Assembly (NCBI GenBank): GCA_039817595.1
Contig: JBCBVL010000003.1
Location: 459,337 to 523,336 of the forward strand
Direction: 5' to 3'
Origin: Pseudomonadota bacterium
GTDB taxonomy: Bacteria; Pseudomonadota; Alphaproteobacteria; Rhodobacterales; Rhodobacteraceae
Length of the DNA stretch: 64,000 nucleotides
This document shows positions 1-9,239 of this stretch, in pieces. Position 1 is the first letter of the stretch. Every line of letters begins with the position of its first letter. Made by a program: the position numbers and the translations under genes. The notes under the pieces were generated by a model that worked only from the letters and a program-made list of their open reading frames with translations, was not told the origin of the DNA and searched no databases.

Positions 1-127
1 CCGTCGTGGAAAAAAATGCAGATACCGTCTTGCGAATGCGTGTCATAGCGTTTCCCTGTAAAGCCTGTACCGAGGTGCGCGCATTCCTGGGTTTTTTGGT
101 TCAACCCAACCGCGATAGCTTTGCCTT

Positions 128-1081
128 TCAGTGATTGTCTTGAAGTTTTGGCTCATGAAGGGATGTCTTTGAGCCATTTATCCAAACGCCGGGTGATTTA
201 CCTGTGATCGATTTGAAAACCCTGCTGAAATGGGCTTGATCGGCGAAACCGAACTGATCAGCCACTTCGACAATGCGATGCCCTTGCCGGAGCAGTGATT
301 TGGATCTTTCTATTTTGAAACCGGTGATCCATTGCTTTGGTGACTGACCAAGTTGGGACCGAAACACCCGATCAAATTGTGACCTCGACAGCGCGAAATG
401 ACGGGCCAAATCATCAACCGAAATGCCGCGCGCCGCGTGTTCGAGCACGGCATTTTCAAGCCGAACCGGGTCAATTTTCGTATCACCATCGGCCTTGTAG
501 ACGTTAGTGGGCAAATTTCGGAAAAGTTCGAGCACCAGGGCGTGGGTGAGCGTTTTCACATGATCGCGTGCGCGCTCTGGCCAGACGCATTCTTTTGTCA
601 AAACCTCTACAAACGGCTGCACGTCTTCCAAATCACCCAGAAAAATCGGCGTATGCAGGGCGGCTTTGGGCCCTAAGATCGAACGCAGGCATTTTGCCGA
701 CAAATGGACATCCAGATGGCGCAGGACACCGACCTGATCCACGCCGCTGCGTATTTCAAAACCCGCAGGGATGTAGAATGCTGCGGCTGCGCAGGGATCA
801 TCCGTCTTGTGCCGGCGCAAAAGCAACTTGCGATCATCCAACATGAAAACGAGCCTTGGGTGCATTGACACGTAGCGGCCACGAGCCCCAAGCTGGCTGT
901 CGACTTGCCAGTAATCCAATACGATTTCATCAAGAGACAAGCTCGCTACATCGTTCAATGGGCTGAACCCTTTTACGAGCGAAAACATGCGCGGATGAAA
1001 TGACATTGTGCGAGCCTCATTGTTGACGCTGGCATGTTGCTCGCAGTGCGACACAAATATAGCTGTGGGCGTGTCCGTCAA
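128..1081 (-). CDS. AraC-family transcriptional regulator
   Basis: 317-aa ORF starting at TTG 1081, with an ATG alternative at 1006. The C-terminus has the twin HTH typical of AraC/XylS (ISVDDLARHFALSRSQFDRVFRSQLGQSP ... ADQFGFADQAHFSRVFKSITGKSP). It is divergent from the iron ABC operon. Confidence 0.85.
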   Translation of the reverse strand: MTDTPTAIFVSHCEQHASVNNEARTMSFHPRMFSLVKGFSPLNDVASLSLDEIVLDYWQVDSQLGARGRYVSMHPRLVFMLDDRKLLLRRHKTDDPCAAAAFYIPAGFEIRSGVDQVGVLRHLDVHLSAKCLRSILGPKAALHTPIFLGDLEDVQPFVEVLTKECVWPERARDHVKTLTHALVLELFRNLPTNVYKADGDTKIDPVRLENAVLEHAARGISVDDLARHFALSRSQFDRVFRSQLGQSPKQWITGFKIERSKSLLRQGHRIVEVADQFGFADQAHFSRVFKSITGKSPGVWINGSKTSLHEPKLQDNH

Positions 1082-1168
1082 GCAAGAGCGGCCGCTGGGG
1101 CAAAGACATGTTGCGCTATGATCGCAACGCGCAATCGGCGATCCAAGTGCACCATCCGTGGCGGTGGG

Positions 1169-1198
1169 GATTGCAAATCAAGTCCATTCGTTGCAATC
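1169..1198. promoter_or_regulatory. Perfect 8-bp inverted repeat GATTGCAA-N14-TTGCAATC in the AraC / binding-protein divergent intergenic region
   Basis: Read directly: gattgcaa at 1169-1176 and ttgcaatc at 1191-1198. It lies about 95 bp upstream of the binding-protein start. The binding factor is unknown. Confidence 0.3.
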
Positions 1199-1292
1199 AC
1201 AGACCCTGTGGAGCGAGCACTCTCCCATTGCCAGCCAGTCCGCTATTCAGATTGAAGCTGCAAATTTCTCTAGTTGAGCGACACCAACTTTG

Positions 1293-2294
1293 ATGAACAA
1301 GCGCGTGTTCACGAGACGACAAATGATCGGCGGTGCGGCGACGGTGGTCGCAGCACCTGCCGTGTTCGCTCAGGAACGTGCGCTAGTGTTTGAGCATATT
1401 TTTGGTGAGACGCGTCTTACGCGGCCCGCCAAACGCGTGGCGTCTTTGGGGTATACCTCACATGACGCGCTTTTGGCGCTTGGGATCACGCCTTTATGCG
1501 TGCGTCATTGGTACGGTGCGCATCCAAACGGCATCTGGCCTTGGGCGCAGGATCGCGTCGGTGAAGACCCGCCGCTTGAGCTTTTCGGAGAGATATCGGC
1601 GGAAACACTGGCGGCGCTGGAGCCTGACCTGATCATCGGTTTGGGCTCTGGCATTTCCGAGGCGGAGTATGCGCTGTTTTCCCAGATTGCCCCGGTGTTG
1701 ATGCATAAGCCTGAGTTTGGCGCCTACGCCACACCGTGGCGCGAGGGTTTGCGTATGTTGTCGCGCGCCGTGGACCGGGTTGAGCGAGCTGAAAGCGTCA
1801 TTGCCGATGTCGACACGGGATTTGAAAGGCTGAGACACGCCCATCCGGATTGGTCGAAAAATACGGCGGCGGTGGGATGGCACTTCGGCGGTCAAACCGG
1901 GATCTTTTCAAAAGATGACAGCCGCACGCAGTTCTTGATGGAACTCGGGTTTCAAACCGCGCCTGGCCTGGCTGATCTCAACGCAATTGACGGATTCTAT
2001 GCGACACTTTCGCCAGAAGACCTTTCCCTGCTCGACACCGATGTTTTGCTGTGGATTTCGACATGGGACGAAAACCCCGACCTTGTAGACTTGCCCATGC
2101 GCAGAACACTGGCGGCCCATCGTGAGGGGCGAGAGGTGTTTTCCGATCATGTGCTGTCCGGCGCTCTGTCTTTCAATTCGGCCCTGTCCATTCCCTACGC
2201 GATTGAGCGTCTTGAGCCAGAGCTGATCGCGGCCCTCGATGGCACGCCTGAAACGATTGTGCCCTCGTCGCAAAAGGCAGGGCTTACAAAGTGA
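1293..2294 (+). CDS. Fe(3+)-siderophore ABC transporter periplasmic substrate-binding protein
   Basis: N-terminus resembles a Tat/Sec signal (RRQMIGGAATVVAAPAVFAQ). The sequence PAKRVASLGYTSHDALLALGITP is typical of FhuD/FecB-type binding proteins. It is followed directly by permeases and an ATPase. The ATG at 1293 is preferred over the TTG at 1290. Confidence 0.85.
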   Translation: MNKRVFTRRQMIGGAATVVAAPAVFAQERALVFEHIFGETRLTRPAKRVASLGYTSHDALLALGITPLCVRHWYGAHPNGIWPWAQDRVGEDPPLELFGEISAETLAALEPDLIIGLGSGISEAEYALFSQIAPVLMHKPEFGAYATPWREGLRMLSRAVDRVERAESVIADVDTGFERLRHAHPDWSKNTAAVGWHFGGQTGIFSKDDSRTQFLMELGFQTAPGLADLNAIDGFYATLSPEDLSLLDTDVLLWISTWDENPDLVDLPMRRTLAAHREGREVFSDHVLSGALSFNSALSIPYAIERLEPELIAALDGTPETIVPSSQKAGLTK

Positions 2295-3277
2295 TCCGGG
2301 TTCTCATGGCTGCTCTGTGTCTTATCGCGCTTGCGTTGATATCTCTTTTCATAGGCCCCCGCGACATTGCCTTCGACAGCTTTGCAGCGGCGTTGCAGGC
2401 ATATGATCAATACGATGCAGAACATGTCACGCTCATGCAGATCAGGCTCCCGCGTCTTTGGGCGGCTTTGATTGCAGGTGGGGCGCTTGGGGTTGCGGCC
2501 ATGGTGATGCAGGTTGTTACGCGCAATCCCTTCGCCGATCCAGGCGTCTTAGGCATCAACGCCGGCGCTGCGTTTTTCTTGATCGTGGGCACAACGCTTC
2601 TGGGTCGCGCGGATGAAGCCTTTGTCGCGGTTTTCGCGTTCCCCGGCGCGGCCTTGATGGCTCTGATCGTGTTCGCATTGGGCGGGGGCTTTTTGCGTGA
2701 TATCAATCCGATCCGGCTCGTTCTCGCGGGTGTCGCGGTCAATGCGCTTCTGGCTTCGTTGCTCACGGCACTTGTGCTGCTGCGGCAGGACAGTTTGGAT
2801 GTGATGCGCTTTTGGGTGGCGGGCTCCCTGAGCCAGGCCACAACCCGGCCTCTCTTCGAGATGTCCTTGATCGCCTTGGCCGGAGCGAGTTTGGCGATGG
2901 CGCTGGCCACGCGGTTTGAAGCCTTCGCCTTAGGCGGAGACATGTCGCAGGGGCTGGGCGTTCGGCCCGGACGTGTCTTAGCGGGCGCGCTGATTGTCGT
3001 TACACTCTGCGCAGGCGCGGCCGTGAGCGTGGCCGGACCGATTGCCTTTCTTGGGCTGATCGTGCCCCCGATCGTCCGCGTTCTGTCGCCCGGGGATCTA
3101 CGGCTGGGCCTCCTAATGTCTGCTGTGATCGGAGCGCTTATTTTACTGTTTGCAGATGTTCTGGGGCGCGTCATCCTCTCCCCGCTTGAGGTCAGAGCAG
3201 GCATCATGACCGCGCTTTTAGGGACGCCGCTTTTCCTTTGGGTCGCGCGGCGCATGTCACCGGGGCAGGTTTCATGA
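2291..3277 (+). CDS. Iron-chelate ABC transporter permease (FecCD family)
   Basis: GTG start overlaps the upstream stop (GTGA). Polytopic hydrophobic protein with the FecCD-type motif IRLPRLWAALIAGGALGVAAMVMQVVTRNPFADPGVLGINAGAA. Confidence 0.9.
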   Translation: MIRVLMAALCLIALALISLFIGPRDIAFDSFAAALQAYDQYDAEHVTLMQIRLPRLWAALIAGGALGVAAMVMQVVTRNPFADPGVLGINAGAAFFLIVGTTLLGRADEAFVAVFAFPGAALMALIVFALGGGFLRDINPIRLVLAGVAVNALLASLLTALVLLRQDSLDVMRFWVAGSLSQATTRPLFEMSLIALAGASLAMALATRFEAFALGGDMSQGLGVRPGRVLAGALIVVTLCAGAAVSVAGPIAFLGLIVPPIVRVLSPGDLRLGLLMSAVIGALILLFADVLGRVILSPLEVRAGIMTALLGTPLFLWVARRMSPGQVS

Positions 3278-4251
3278 TCCGTTGGGCCATTCTGATCGCG
3301 ATCCTCGTCACTTCAGTGTGCCTCGCGCTGCGTTACGGTCAGATATCCGTGCCTTTGGATGTGTTGTGGAACGGACTTGGTACGAATGATGGACCGGGTA
3401 GCCTCATCCTCGGTACAATTCGTGGTCCACGTGTCGCTGTCGCAATGGGCGGAGGATTTGTTTTGGGTCTGTCAGGAGCGCTTTTTCAAACCCTGTTTCG
3501 CAATCCGTTGGCGTCGCCGGATGTGCTGGGTTTCACCTCTGGCGCGGGTCTGGCGGTGATTTTTGCAGTGTCTTTCAACTTGGCCATAGCGCCGACCATC
3601 GCGGCGGTAGCAGGCGGGGTTTTTGCCGCTTTGGTGGTCGCAGCGATTGCATACCAGAAAGGGGTTGAGACGCCGGCGATTACGCTCATTCTGGTCGGAC
3701 TTGGCATTGGCTTTTTCGCCACGGGGCTCGCCACCTTCCTCATGACTGTTCTGCCCACATCGTCAGCGCTTGAGGCGCAAAGATGGCTTTCTGGATCTTT
3801 GTCCGGCAGCACATGGGGGAACGCCGGTTTGGTCTGTGGCTTGGGCTCTCTATTGGCCCTCTTTGCTTTGGCGCAATCGCGTGCGCTTGGGGTGTTGGAA
3901 CTGGGCAATGACATGGCCAAAGGTCTTGGGCTGAGCACCGAGGCGTCTCGTTGGACGATTTCAGGCACGGGTGTGCTGTTGGCTGCTGTTGGTGTTTCAC
4001 TAACGGGACCCGTGCCGTTTGTCGCACTGATCGCGGGTCCGCTTGGTGCGGTCCTGAGCGGCGCTACGACAGTCGCCGGGAGGCTGCTTGCAGGTGGGAT
4101 GGCGGGGGCCATTGTTCTTGTGCTGGCGGATCTGGTTGCCAGGGTCGCGATCCCCAATACGCAATTGCCAGCTGGGGTGTTCACCGGGCTGATCGGAGCG
4201 CCTTTTCTGCTGTGGCGCTTGGGCGTCGAGATGAGAAAGGGGCGCGTCTGA
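3274..4251 (+). CDS. Iron-chelate ABC transporter permease (FecCD family), second subunit
   Basis: The ATG at 3274 overlaps the stop of the first permease (ATGA). Motif: IRGPRVAVAMGGGFVLGLSGALFQTLFRNPLASPDVLGFTSGAG. The 12-codon upstream extension in the ORF track was discarded. Confidence 0.9.
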   Translation: MIRWAILIAILVTSVCLALRYGQISVPLDVLWNGLGTNDGPGSLILGTIRGPRVAVAMGGGFVLGLSGALFQTLFRNPLASPDVLGFTSGAGLAVIFAVSFNLAIAPTIAAVAGGVFAALVVAAIAYQKGVETPAITLILVGLGIGFFATGLATFLMTVLPTSSALEAQRWLSGSLSGSTWGNAGLVCGLGSLLALFALAQSRALGVLELGNDMAKGLGLSTEASRWTISGTGVLLAAVGVSLTGPVPFVALIAGPLGAVLSGATTVAGRLLAGGMAGAIVLVLADLVARVAIPNTQLPAGVFTGLIGAPFLLWRLGVEMRKGRV

Positions 4252-5018
4252 TGATCAGCCTTGAAAACGTATCGATCGGGTACTCCGAAAGACCTGTGAT
4301 CGACAACCTGACCACCGAGGTTCCGCAAGGAAAGGTGACCACGATCCTCGGGCCAAACGGGTGCGGCAAGTCAACTTTACTGAAAGCGCTGGCGTGTCTG
4401 AAAGTCCCGACGCAAGGCTGTATTCGCCTAGATGGCATTGATCTTTCGACACTTTCCTCACGCGACAGGGCCCGCAAAATCGCCATTTTGCCGCAACACC
4501 CGATTGCCCCTGATGGGGTGCGCGTGGGCGATCTTGTGCGACGGGGGCGCACGCCTTGGCGCGGCGCGCTGAGCCCTTGGCGCACGGAAGATCAGGCAGC
4601 ATGTGATGAGGCACTGGTCGCCGTACATCTGCAGCATGACCAATCTCGAACCTTGGTCGAACTGTCAGGTGGTCAGCGTCAGCGCGCTTGGCTGGCGCTG
4701 GTTCTCGCCCAACAAACACCCATCCTTTTGCTGGATGAGCCGACGACCCATCTTGATCTGGTCTATCAGATAGAACTTTTGCAGCTCCTAAGAGACCGCA
4801 ACCGAAACTCGGGGCTGACAGTGGTGTCGATCTTGCACGACCTCAACCTTGCCGCCCGATTTTCCGATCACTTGATTTTGCTTGGCGCGGGCAAGCTCGT
4901 CGATGCAGGTCCTCCGGATACTGTTTTGTCCGCTGATAACATTCGGGCGGGATTTAACCTGCAAGCTTTGGTTACCCGAGATCCCATAACCAGTGCACCA
5001 ATGGTCGTACCGCACTAG
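4251..5018 (+). CDS. Iron-chelate ABC transporter ATP-binding protein
   Basis: The start ATG at 4251 shares one base with the permease stop (TGATG). Walker A is GPNGCGKST, the signature is LSGGQRQR, Walker B is LLLDEPT and the H-loop is ILHDLN. The first 100 codons of the track ORF 3951..5018 overlap the permease and were rejected. Confidence 0.93.
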   Translation: MISLENVSIGYSERPVIDNLTTEVPQGKVTTILGPNGCGKSTLLKALACLKVPTQGCIRLDGIDLSTLSSRDRARKIAILPQHPIAPDGVRVGDLVRRGRTPWRGALSPWRTEDQAACDEALVAVHLQHDQSRTLVELSGGQRQRAWLALVLAQQTPILLLDEPTTHLDLVYQIELLQLLRDRNRNSGLTVVSILHDLNLAARFSDHLILLGAGKLVDAGPPDTVLSADNIRAGFNLQALVTRDPITSAPMVVPH

Positions 5019-5087
5019 CGAGTTCCGTCGCGGCGAAAGGGCCCCGGCAAATTCACGCCCCGCCGTGCCCGGTGATTTTAAGTCGTC

Positions 5088-5285
5088 TCAGTCCATTTCT
5101 GGCTGGAAAATCTCTTCGATGGCCAGGTCAAAGTATCGTGCAATATCAAACGCCAGAGGCAAGCTAGGATCATAGCGACCTCGTTCTATTGCATTGACGG
5201 TCTGTCGCGTAACATTCAGGCCTTCTGCAAGTTCTTGTTGCGAATTTCCTCGCTGCTTTCGCAATTCCCTTAAGCGATTGTTCAT
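5088..5285 (-). CDS. Small XRE-family HTH transcriptional regulator (65 aa)
   Basis: MNNRLRELRKQRGNSQQELAEGLNVTRQTVNAIERGRYDPSL is a classic Cro/C1-type HTH. Its ATG overlaps the stop of the upstream membrane-protein ORF (ATGA at 5282-5285). Confidence 0.8.
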   Translation of the reverse strand: MNNRLRELRKQRGNSQQELAEGLNVTRQTVNAIERGRYDPSLPLAFDIARYFDLAIEEIFQPEMD

Positions 5286-5665
5286 CCGAAACGCAGCCGA
5301 CCAATCATAACACCGATGAACCACAACGTTCCCATCAGTGGCCAAACAGCAAACATCGAAAGCTTCGGAAATCCGACGCCTTCAAGAAACCCGTATGAGA
5401 ACGTAATCAATGCAGTGCCTGCAAAAGCCAAAGCAATCGCTTCGAACTGTAGCTTGCGTTGCAGCTCGTCCAAGCTGCGGATGCAGTAGATCGAGACTCC
5501 ACAGCAAAACGCAGCAGGAAGCATTGGAACCAGCGCTATCAGTATGCGAAGGGCCTGGTTGTCCCCGACACGCGCGATCAAAAGGTTGCAGAGGACCAAA
5601 GCAGCCGCATAGGCCGCCATGCCGCCCAAGAACATGATTGAAAGTCTGAGCATATATGGCTCCAA
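5282..5665 (-). CDS. Hypothetical integral membrane protein (about 4 TM segments)
   Basis: 127-aa hydrophobic ORF that is translationally coupled to the XRE gene. I recognise no family motif. Confidence 0.55.
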   Translation of the reverse strand: MEPYMLRLSIMFLGGMAAYAAALVLCNLLIARVGDNQALRILIALVPMLPAAFCCGVSIYCIRSLDELQRKLQFEAIALAFAGTALITFSYGFLEGVGFPKLSMFAVWPLMGTLWFIGVMIGRLRFG

Positions 5666-5846
5666 TATGGAAAGGACACTTTACATTATTGAGCAAACAG
5701 AATTTTGTAAAGCTCGCTTTACAAAATTGCTTGGCGTTTAAGTGCGCGAACATTTGCCAAGCCGCAATCGACGTGATGTCGAACACTTTTCTAAGCGCAT
5801 CTAGAATTCTGAAACGCGCAAAAGGCCCGGCGTTTGATCTCTCTCT

Positions 5847-6938
5847 CTAGCTCTTGAAGTCTTCGATTTTCCAGTATCCGCGCACTCTATTCTTGTCCGG
5901 TGGCAAAGACTGTTGAGTTCTGAGAAATCCACGGATCAGCTTGGCCTCGGCATTTTCCGAAGCGCCCCACGCTGCTTCAAACTGTTCGAAACGAGGCAAA
6001 AGACCTGACAATGTCTCTTGACGCTCATCGGGTGCCCCGATGACCCGATAAACGGAGCTTCCGGCCGGAAAAAGGGAGGCATCAATATAGGCTTGCTCAG
6101 CGTCATCTCTGCTGATCAGCAGGAGGGTTGGAGCGGTCGGGTTCCGCCATTCTTCTAAAACGGATGCCAGCGCAGGCATCGCCGTCTCATCCGCCACCAA
6201 AAGTACACGCCCAGTGTGGATGTGATCGGTTTTTTCAGCGGTTTCTGCGGTGGTCTTCACCATGTCGCCAGGCGTCAGGCTTTCCGCCCAGAGGCTTCCA
6301 GGGGATGTTCCATGCGTAAAAACATCGACCCAACCGAGATATCGCAAACCGTTGTGTGCCTGCTCCGAAAAGCTTGCCCGCAGCGTGTAGTACTTGGATT
6401 TTTTGTACATTGAGCTCAGGAGTTTGCGGCGTGTCTCCGGCCGCAATCGCTTCATCACGATAAGCAGGCCGCGAAACCAAAGGCGCATGGCCATCGGCAT
6501 TTCTGCGTATTCCACATCTTCTTTGGGCACCGGCCTAAGAATCTGCAAAGAGAAGAGAAATGCGTATCCCGGCTCGTTAACCGGCAAGGTGCGATCCGTT
6601 GCGAAAACAAGTCGCAGCATGTTCTGGCTCAACCTGTGTCGCTCAACGAACCGAAAGTAACGTGTCTTGGTCCCCGGCGGCAGCTTGCGCTGTTTCACCA
6701 TGGCTTGGTAGGCGAGAAACAGAACCTTGTCCTCCGCCTCCCCGGTCATGGTAAACGGGTGCGCGTAGGTCTGACGACCGGTGGGTGTTTCAACATCGAG
6801 AACCACGCGATCATCCGTCACATCCAGAACTTGCGCTCGTATGGCGTCGGGTTGGACAAACACCTGCGCGATGCTCAACACCTCTTCGGCGTGATCTTCG
6901 TTTACATGCTCAAGCACGTCGATGGTGTCTACGTCCAT
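5847..6938 (-). CDS. Siderophore-interacting (ViuB/SIP-type) FAD reductase with an extra N-terminal DUF2470-like domain
   Basis: SIP hallmarks are KYYTLRAS (RxYTxR-type FAD motif), GTSPGSLWAESLTPGD and LLVADETAMPALASVLEEW. The N-terminal roughly 85 aa (IDVLEHVNEDHAEEVL...) resembles the DUF2470 / haem-utilisation accessory domain. It starts 6 nt after the receptor stop. Confidence 0.75.
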   Translation of the reverse strand: MDVDTIDVLEHVNEDHAEEVLSIAQVFVQPDAIRAQVLDVTDDRVVLDVETPTGRQTYAHPFTMTGEAEDKVLFLAYQAMVKQRKLPPGTKTRYFRFVERHRLSQNMLRLVFATDRTLPVNEPGYAFLFSLQILRPVPKEDVEYAEMPMAMRLWFRGLLIVMKRLRPETRRKLLSSMYKKSKYYTLRASFSEQAHNGLRYLGWVDVFTHGTSPGSLWAESLTPGDMVKTTAETAEKTDHIHTGRVLLVADETAMPALASVLEEWRNPTAPTLLLISRDDAEQAYIDASLFPAGSSVYRVIGAPDERQETLSGLLPRFEQFEAAWGASENAEAKLIRGFLRTQQSLPPDKNRVRGYWKIEDFKS

Positions 6939-6944
6939 TTTGGG

Positions 6945-9086
6945 CTACCACTCAACGCTCAGGCCAACACCCACGATGCGTCCCCGTCCGGCGTACGAAG
7001 CGGATGCGCCCGCCACGATGGGGACGGCGGAATGCAGGTATCGGCGATCAAACACATTGTTGGCAAATGCGTAGACACTCAGTTTGTCGTTTTGCCATCC
7101 GAGCCGGAGATTAACCAAATGATAGGAGGGCAGCCTACCGGCGTTGCGAATGTCAGAAAACCTCTCGCCCACAAACTGATAGCTGGCCGAGGCGACAAAG
7201 TTTCCCTGTACGCCGCTTTGATTGAGATTGAAACGGTAGTTCACGCGCAAGTTAGCCGCCATCTCGGGAACCTGAGGCACTTTGTTTCCAGGGGCTGCGC
7301 CCGCCGCTGCGGATGCGGCCGTGACGTTGACCAGCTTTGTCTCGATCAGGCTGATGCCTGCGCTGACATTTAGCCGTGACGTGATACTTGTGTTTACACG
7401 TCCTTCGAACCCGTAGCTTTCGTAATCTTGATTGGCAAAGAACACGGTCAGTGTCGGGGCGTCAAACGCGCTCAGCTGTCCGTCGCTCACGTCATTGAAA
7501 AAAAACGCGCCATCAAAGCGAAGGTTATCCGTGATCTGCGCTTTGGTGCCGATCTCATAAGTCCAGGATTGCGCCGGTCTGAACGGCACGCTGGCCGCAC
7601 CGAAGGGGGCAAACTGCGTGCCCTTTTCGAACCCGCCGGAAGAGTACCCCCGCGCGATAGAAGCATACGCACTTATTTGATCAGACCACGCGTAAGAGAG
7701 CGCAGCGCGGCCTGTCGTGTAGTCATCTGAGAACCGCACATTCTGCAAGAAAGTCGGCACGGTGCCGGGAAACCCGTTTGAAATGTAATTCCCACGCAAG
7801 GTCTGTTCGTCACGGGCAAATCGAAGGCCACCTGAGATCGTCCATCTTTTCCCTAACGAAACGCTGGCATCCCCAAAGAGCGCAATGGTTTCACTATCGA
7901 TCACGTTGTTTACAGTGCCGTTGAACCCAGGAAACACAGTTGATGTCCCGAAGCGCGAGAAATCGAAATCGGATTGAAAGTAGCTTGCGCCGAAAACCCA
8001 TTTTAGTGGTGCGCCGTCCAAAGAACTCAGCCGAAACTCCTGATTGAAGATCCGTTCGTCTTCGTTGAAGAACAGAACATCCTGATTGGGGTTGTTAAAA
8101 AACGTAGGCGGAAGGCCTGATGCCGCAGCGAACAGAAACGCATCGGTAAAGTCGCTATCCGCCTCGGTGCGAACGTCCTGAAAGGACGTGACCGAGGTAA
8201 AGCGCAGCGCTTCAAATTCCTTTTCAACGGTGACAGAGGCGTTGGCGATCTGTTGTTCATTTCGCGGTCGAATGTCCTGTCCGCTGATCGGGATACGCGC
8301 CGTCTCGCGAAGGATGTTTGACGGATCGGTATTTTCGTTTTTGCTAAACGTGGCCGCCACGTCGATTGTGAGCGTGTCATCGGGGGTGAAGCGCAAAGCG
8401 ACACGCCCAGCACTGATGTCTGCGGCGCCATCCGTTCCACCGATCACCAAGTTTGGGATGTCGCCATCGAAGGTTTCCAACCTGATCACGCCTCTGGCCG
8501 CCAGCTTACCCGGCACGATCCAACCGCCAGATGTTGCCTCAATCAAGCCAAACCCGTCTGTTCCGAAACCAAGCTCGACCTTTCGCTGACGCACCCCATC
8601 CGCAACCCGGCTCACAATATTGATGGACCCAGCAAGGGCGTTGCGACCGAACGTTGTCCCTTGCGGTCCTTTTAAGACCTCGATCCGATCCACATCCAGC
8701 AATGGCGCATTCAGGCCAGAAATACTGGTGGGCACGCCATCGATCGAAAACCCCACGGTATTATCCAGATTGTTGAGAGAATTGCCCAAAGTCGCCACAC
8801 CGCGCATGGTGAGGTAGCTGTCTGAAAAGCGGGAATTGTCGACGAAGTTGGTGCCGGGCGATTGGCGGGCAATTTCCTCGGTCGGATCCAGAGTTTGAAC
8901 AGGTACATCTTCCGCCGACAAAACTGTTGACGCAATGGGCAGAGCCAAGTCCGACACATCCCGCTTGGTAGAAGAAATCACGATCGTACCAAGATCGAAC
9001 GGTGTTGATGTCTCTTGCGATATGGCGGCGGTTGACCAAAGGCCCGCCGACAAAATGAGAAGTCTGTAAGTGCAGGAACATCGCAT
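6945..9086 (-). CDS. TonB-dependent siderophore receptor
   Basis: Signal peptide MRCSCTYRLLILSAGLWSTAAISQ, then a TonB-box-like FDLGTIVISS. A plug motif (RIEVLKGPQGTTFGRNALAGSINIV), a long beta-barrel and a C-terminal aromatic (...GLSVEW) follow. The start was moved to the ATG at 9086. Confidence 0.9.
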   Translation of the reverse strand: MRCSCTYRLLILSAGLWSTAAISQETSTPFDLGTIVISSTKRDVSDLALPIASTVLSAEDVPVQTLDPTEEIARQSPGTNFVDNSRFSDSYLTMRGVATLGNSLNNLDNTVGFSIDGVPTSISGLNAPLLDVDRIEVLKGPQGTTFGRNALAGSINIVSRVADGVRQRKVELGFGTDGFGLIEATSGGWIVPGKLAARGVIRLETFDGDIPNLVIGGTDGAADISAGRVALRFTPDDTLTIDVAATFSKNENTDPSNILRETARIPISGQDIRPRNEQQIANASVTVEKEFEALRFTSVTSFQDVRTEADSDFTDAFLFAAASGLPPTFFNNPNQDVLFFNEDERIFNQEFRLSSLDGAPLKWVFGASYFQSDFDFSRFGTSTVFPGFNGTVNNVIDSETIALFGDASVSLGKRWTISGGLRFARDEQTLRGNYISNGFPGTVPTFLQNVRFSDDYTTGRAALSYAWSDQISAYASIARGYSSGGFEKGTQFAPFGAASVPFRPAQSWTYEIGTKAQITDNLRFDGAFFFNDVSDGQLSAFDAPTLTVFFANQDYESYGFEGRVNTSITSRLNVSAGISLIETKLVNVTAASAAAGAAPGNKVPQVPEMAANLRVNYRFNLNQSGVQGNFVASASYQFVGERFSDIRNAGRLPSYHLVNLRLGWQNDKLSVYAFANNVFDRRYLHSAVPIVAGASASYAGRGRIVGVGLSVEW

Positions 9087-9239
9087 TGGAGCTGCGCCCT
9101 TCAACAACACCGGGCTTTGTCTGGCAGAATGCGGGAACCGGGATGAACATCTGTAGGTGGGTTGAAGGTTAGTTTTAAGCCAAACACCATGCGAGACCAA
9201 AACTAGCGCGGCACAAAGAAAAACTGTCGCGAGACAAAG

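Noticed and set aside
3951-4250. 100-codon N-terminal extension of the ABC ATPase ORF (track ORF 3951..5018)
   Set aside because: It lies entirely inside the second permease gene in another frame and translates to Arg/Cys/Gly-rich nonsense. The ATPase-like sequence starts at MISLENVSIGY (4251), coupled to the permease stop.
2407-4328. Long antisense ORFs inside the permease genes (2407..3255 and 3486..4328). Similar antisense or out-of-frame ORFs occur inside the receptors, autotransporter, ccoI and ccoG.
   Set aside because: This is a typical high-GC artefact. The products are Arg/Pro/Ala/Ser-rich low-complexity strings, while the opposite strand encodes proteins with clear family motifs.
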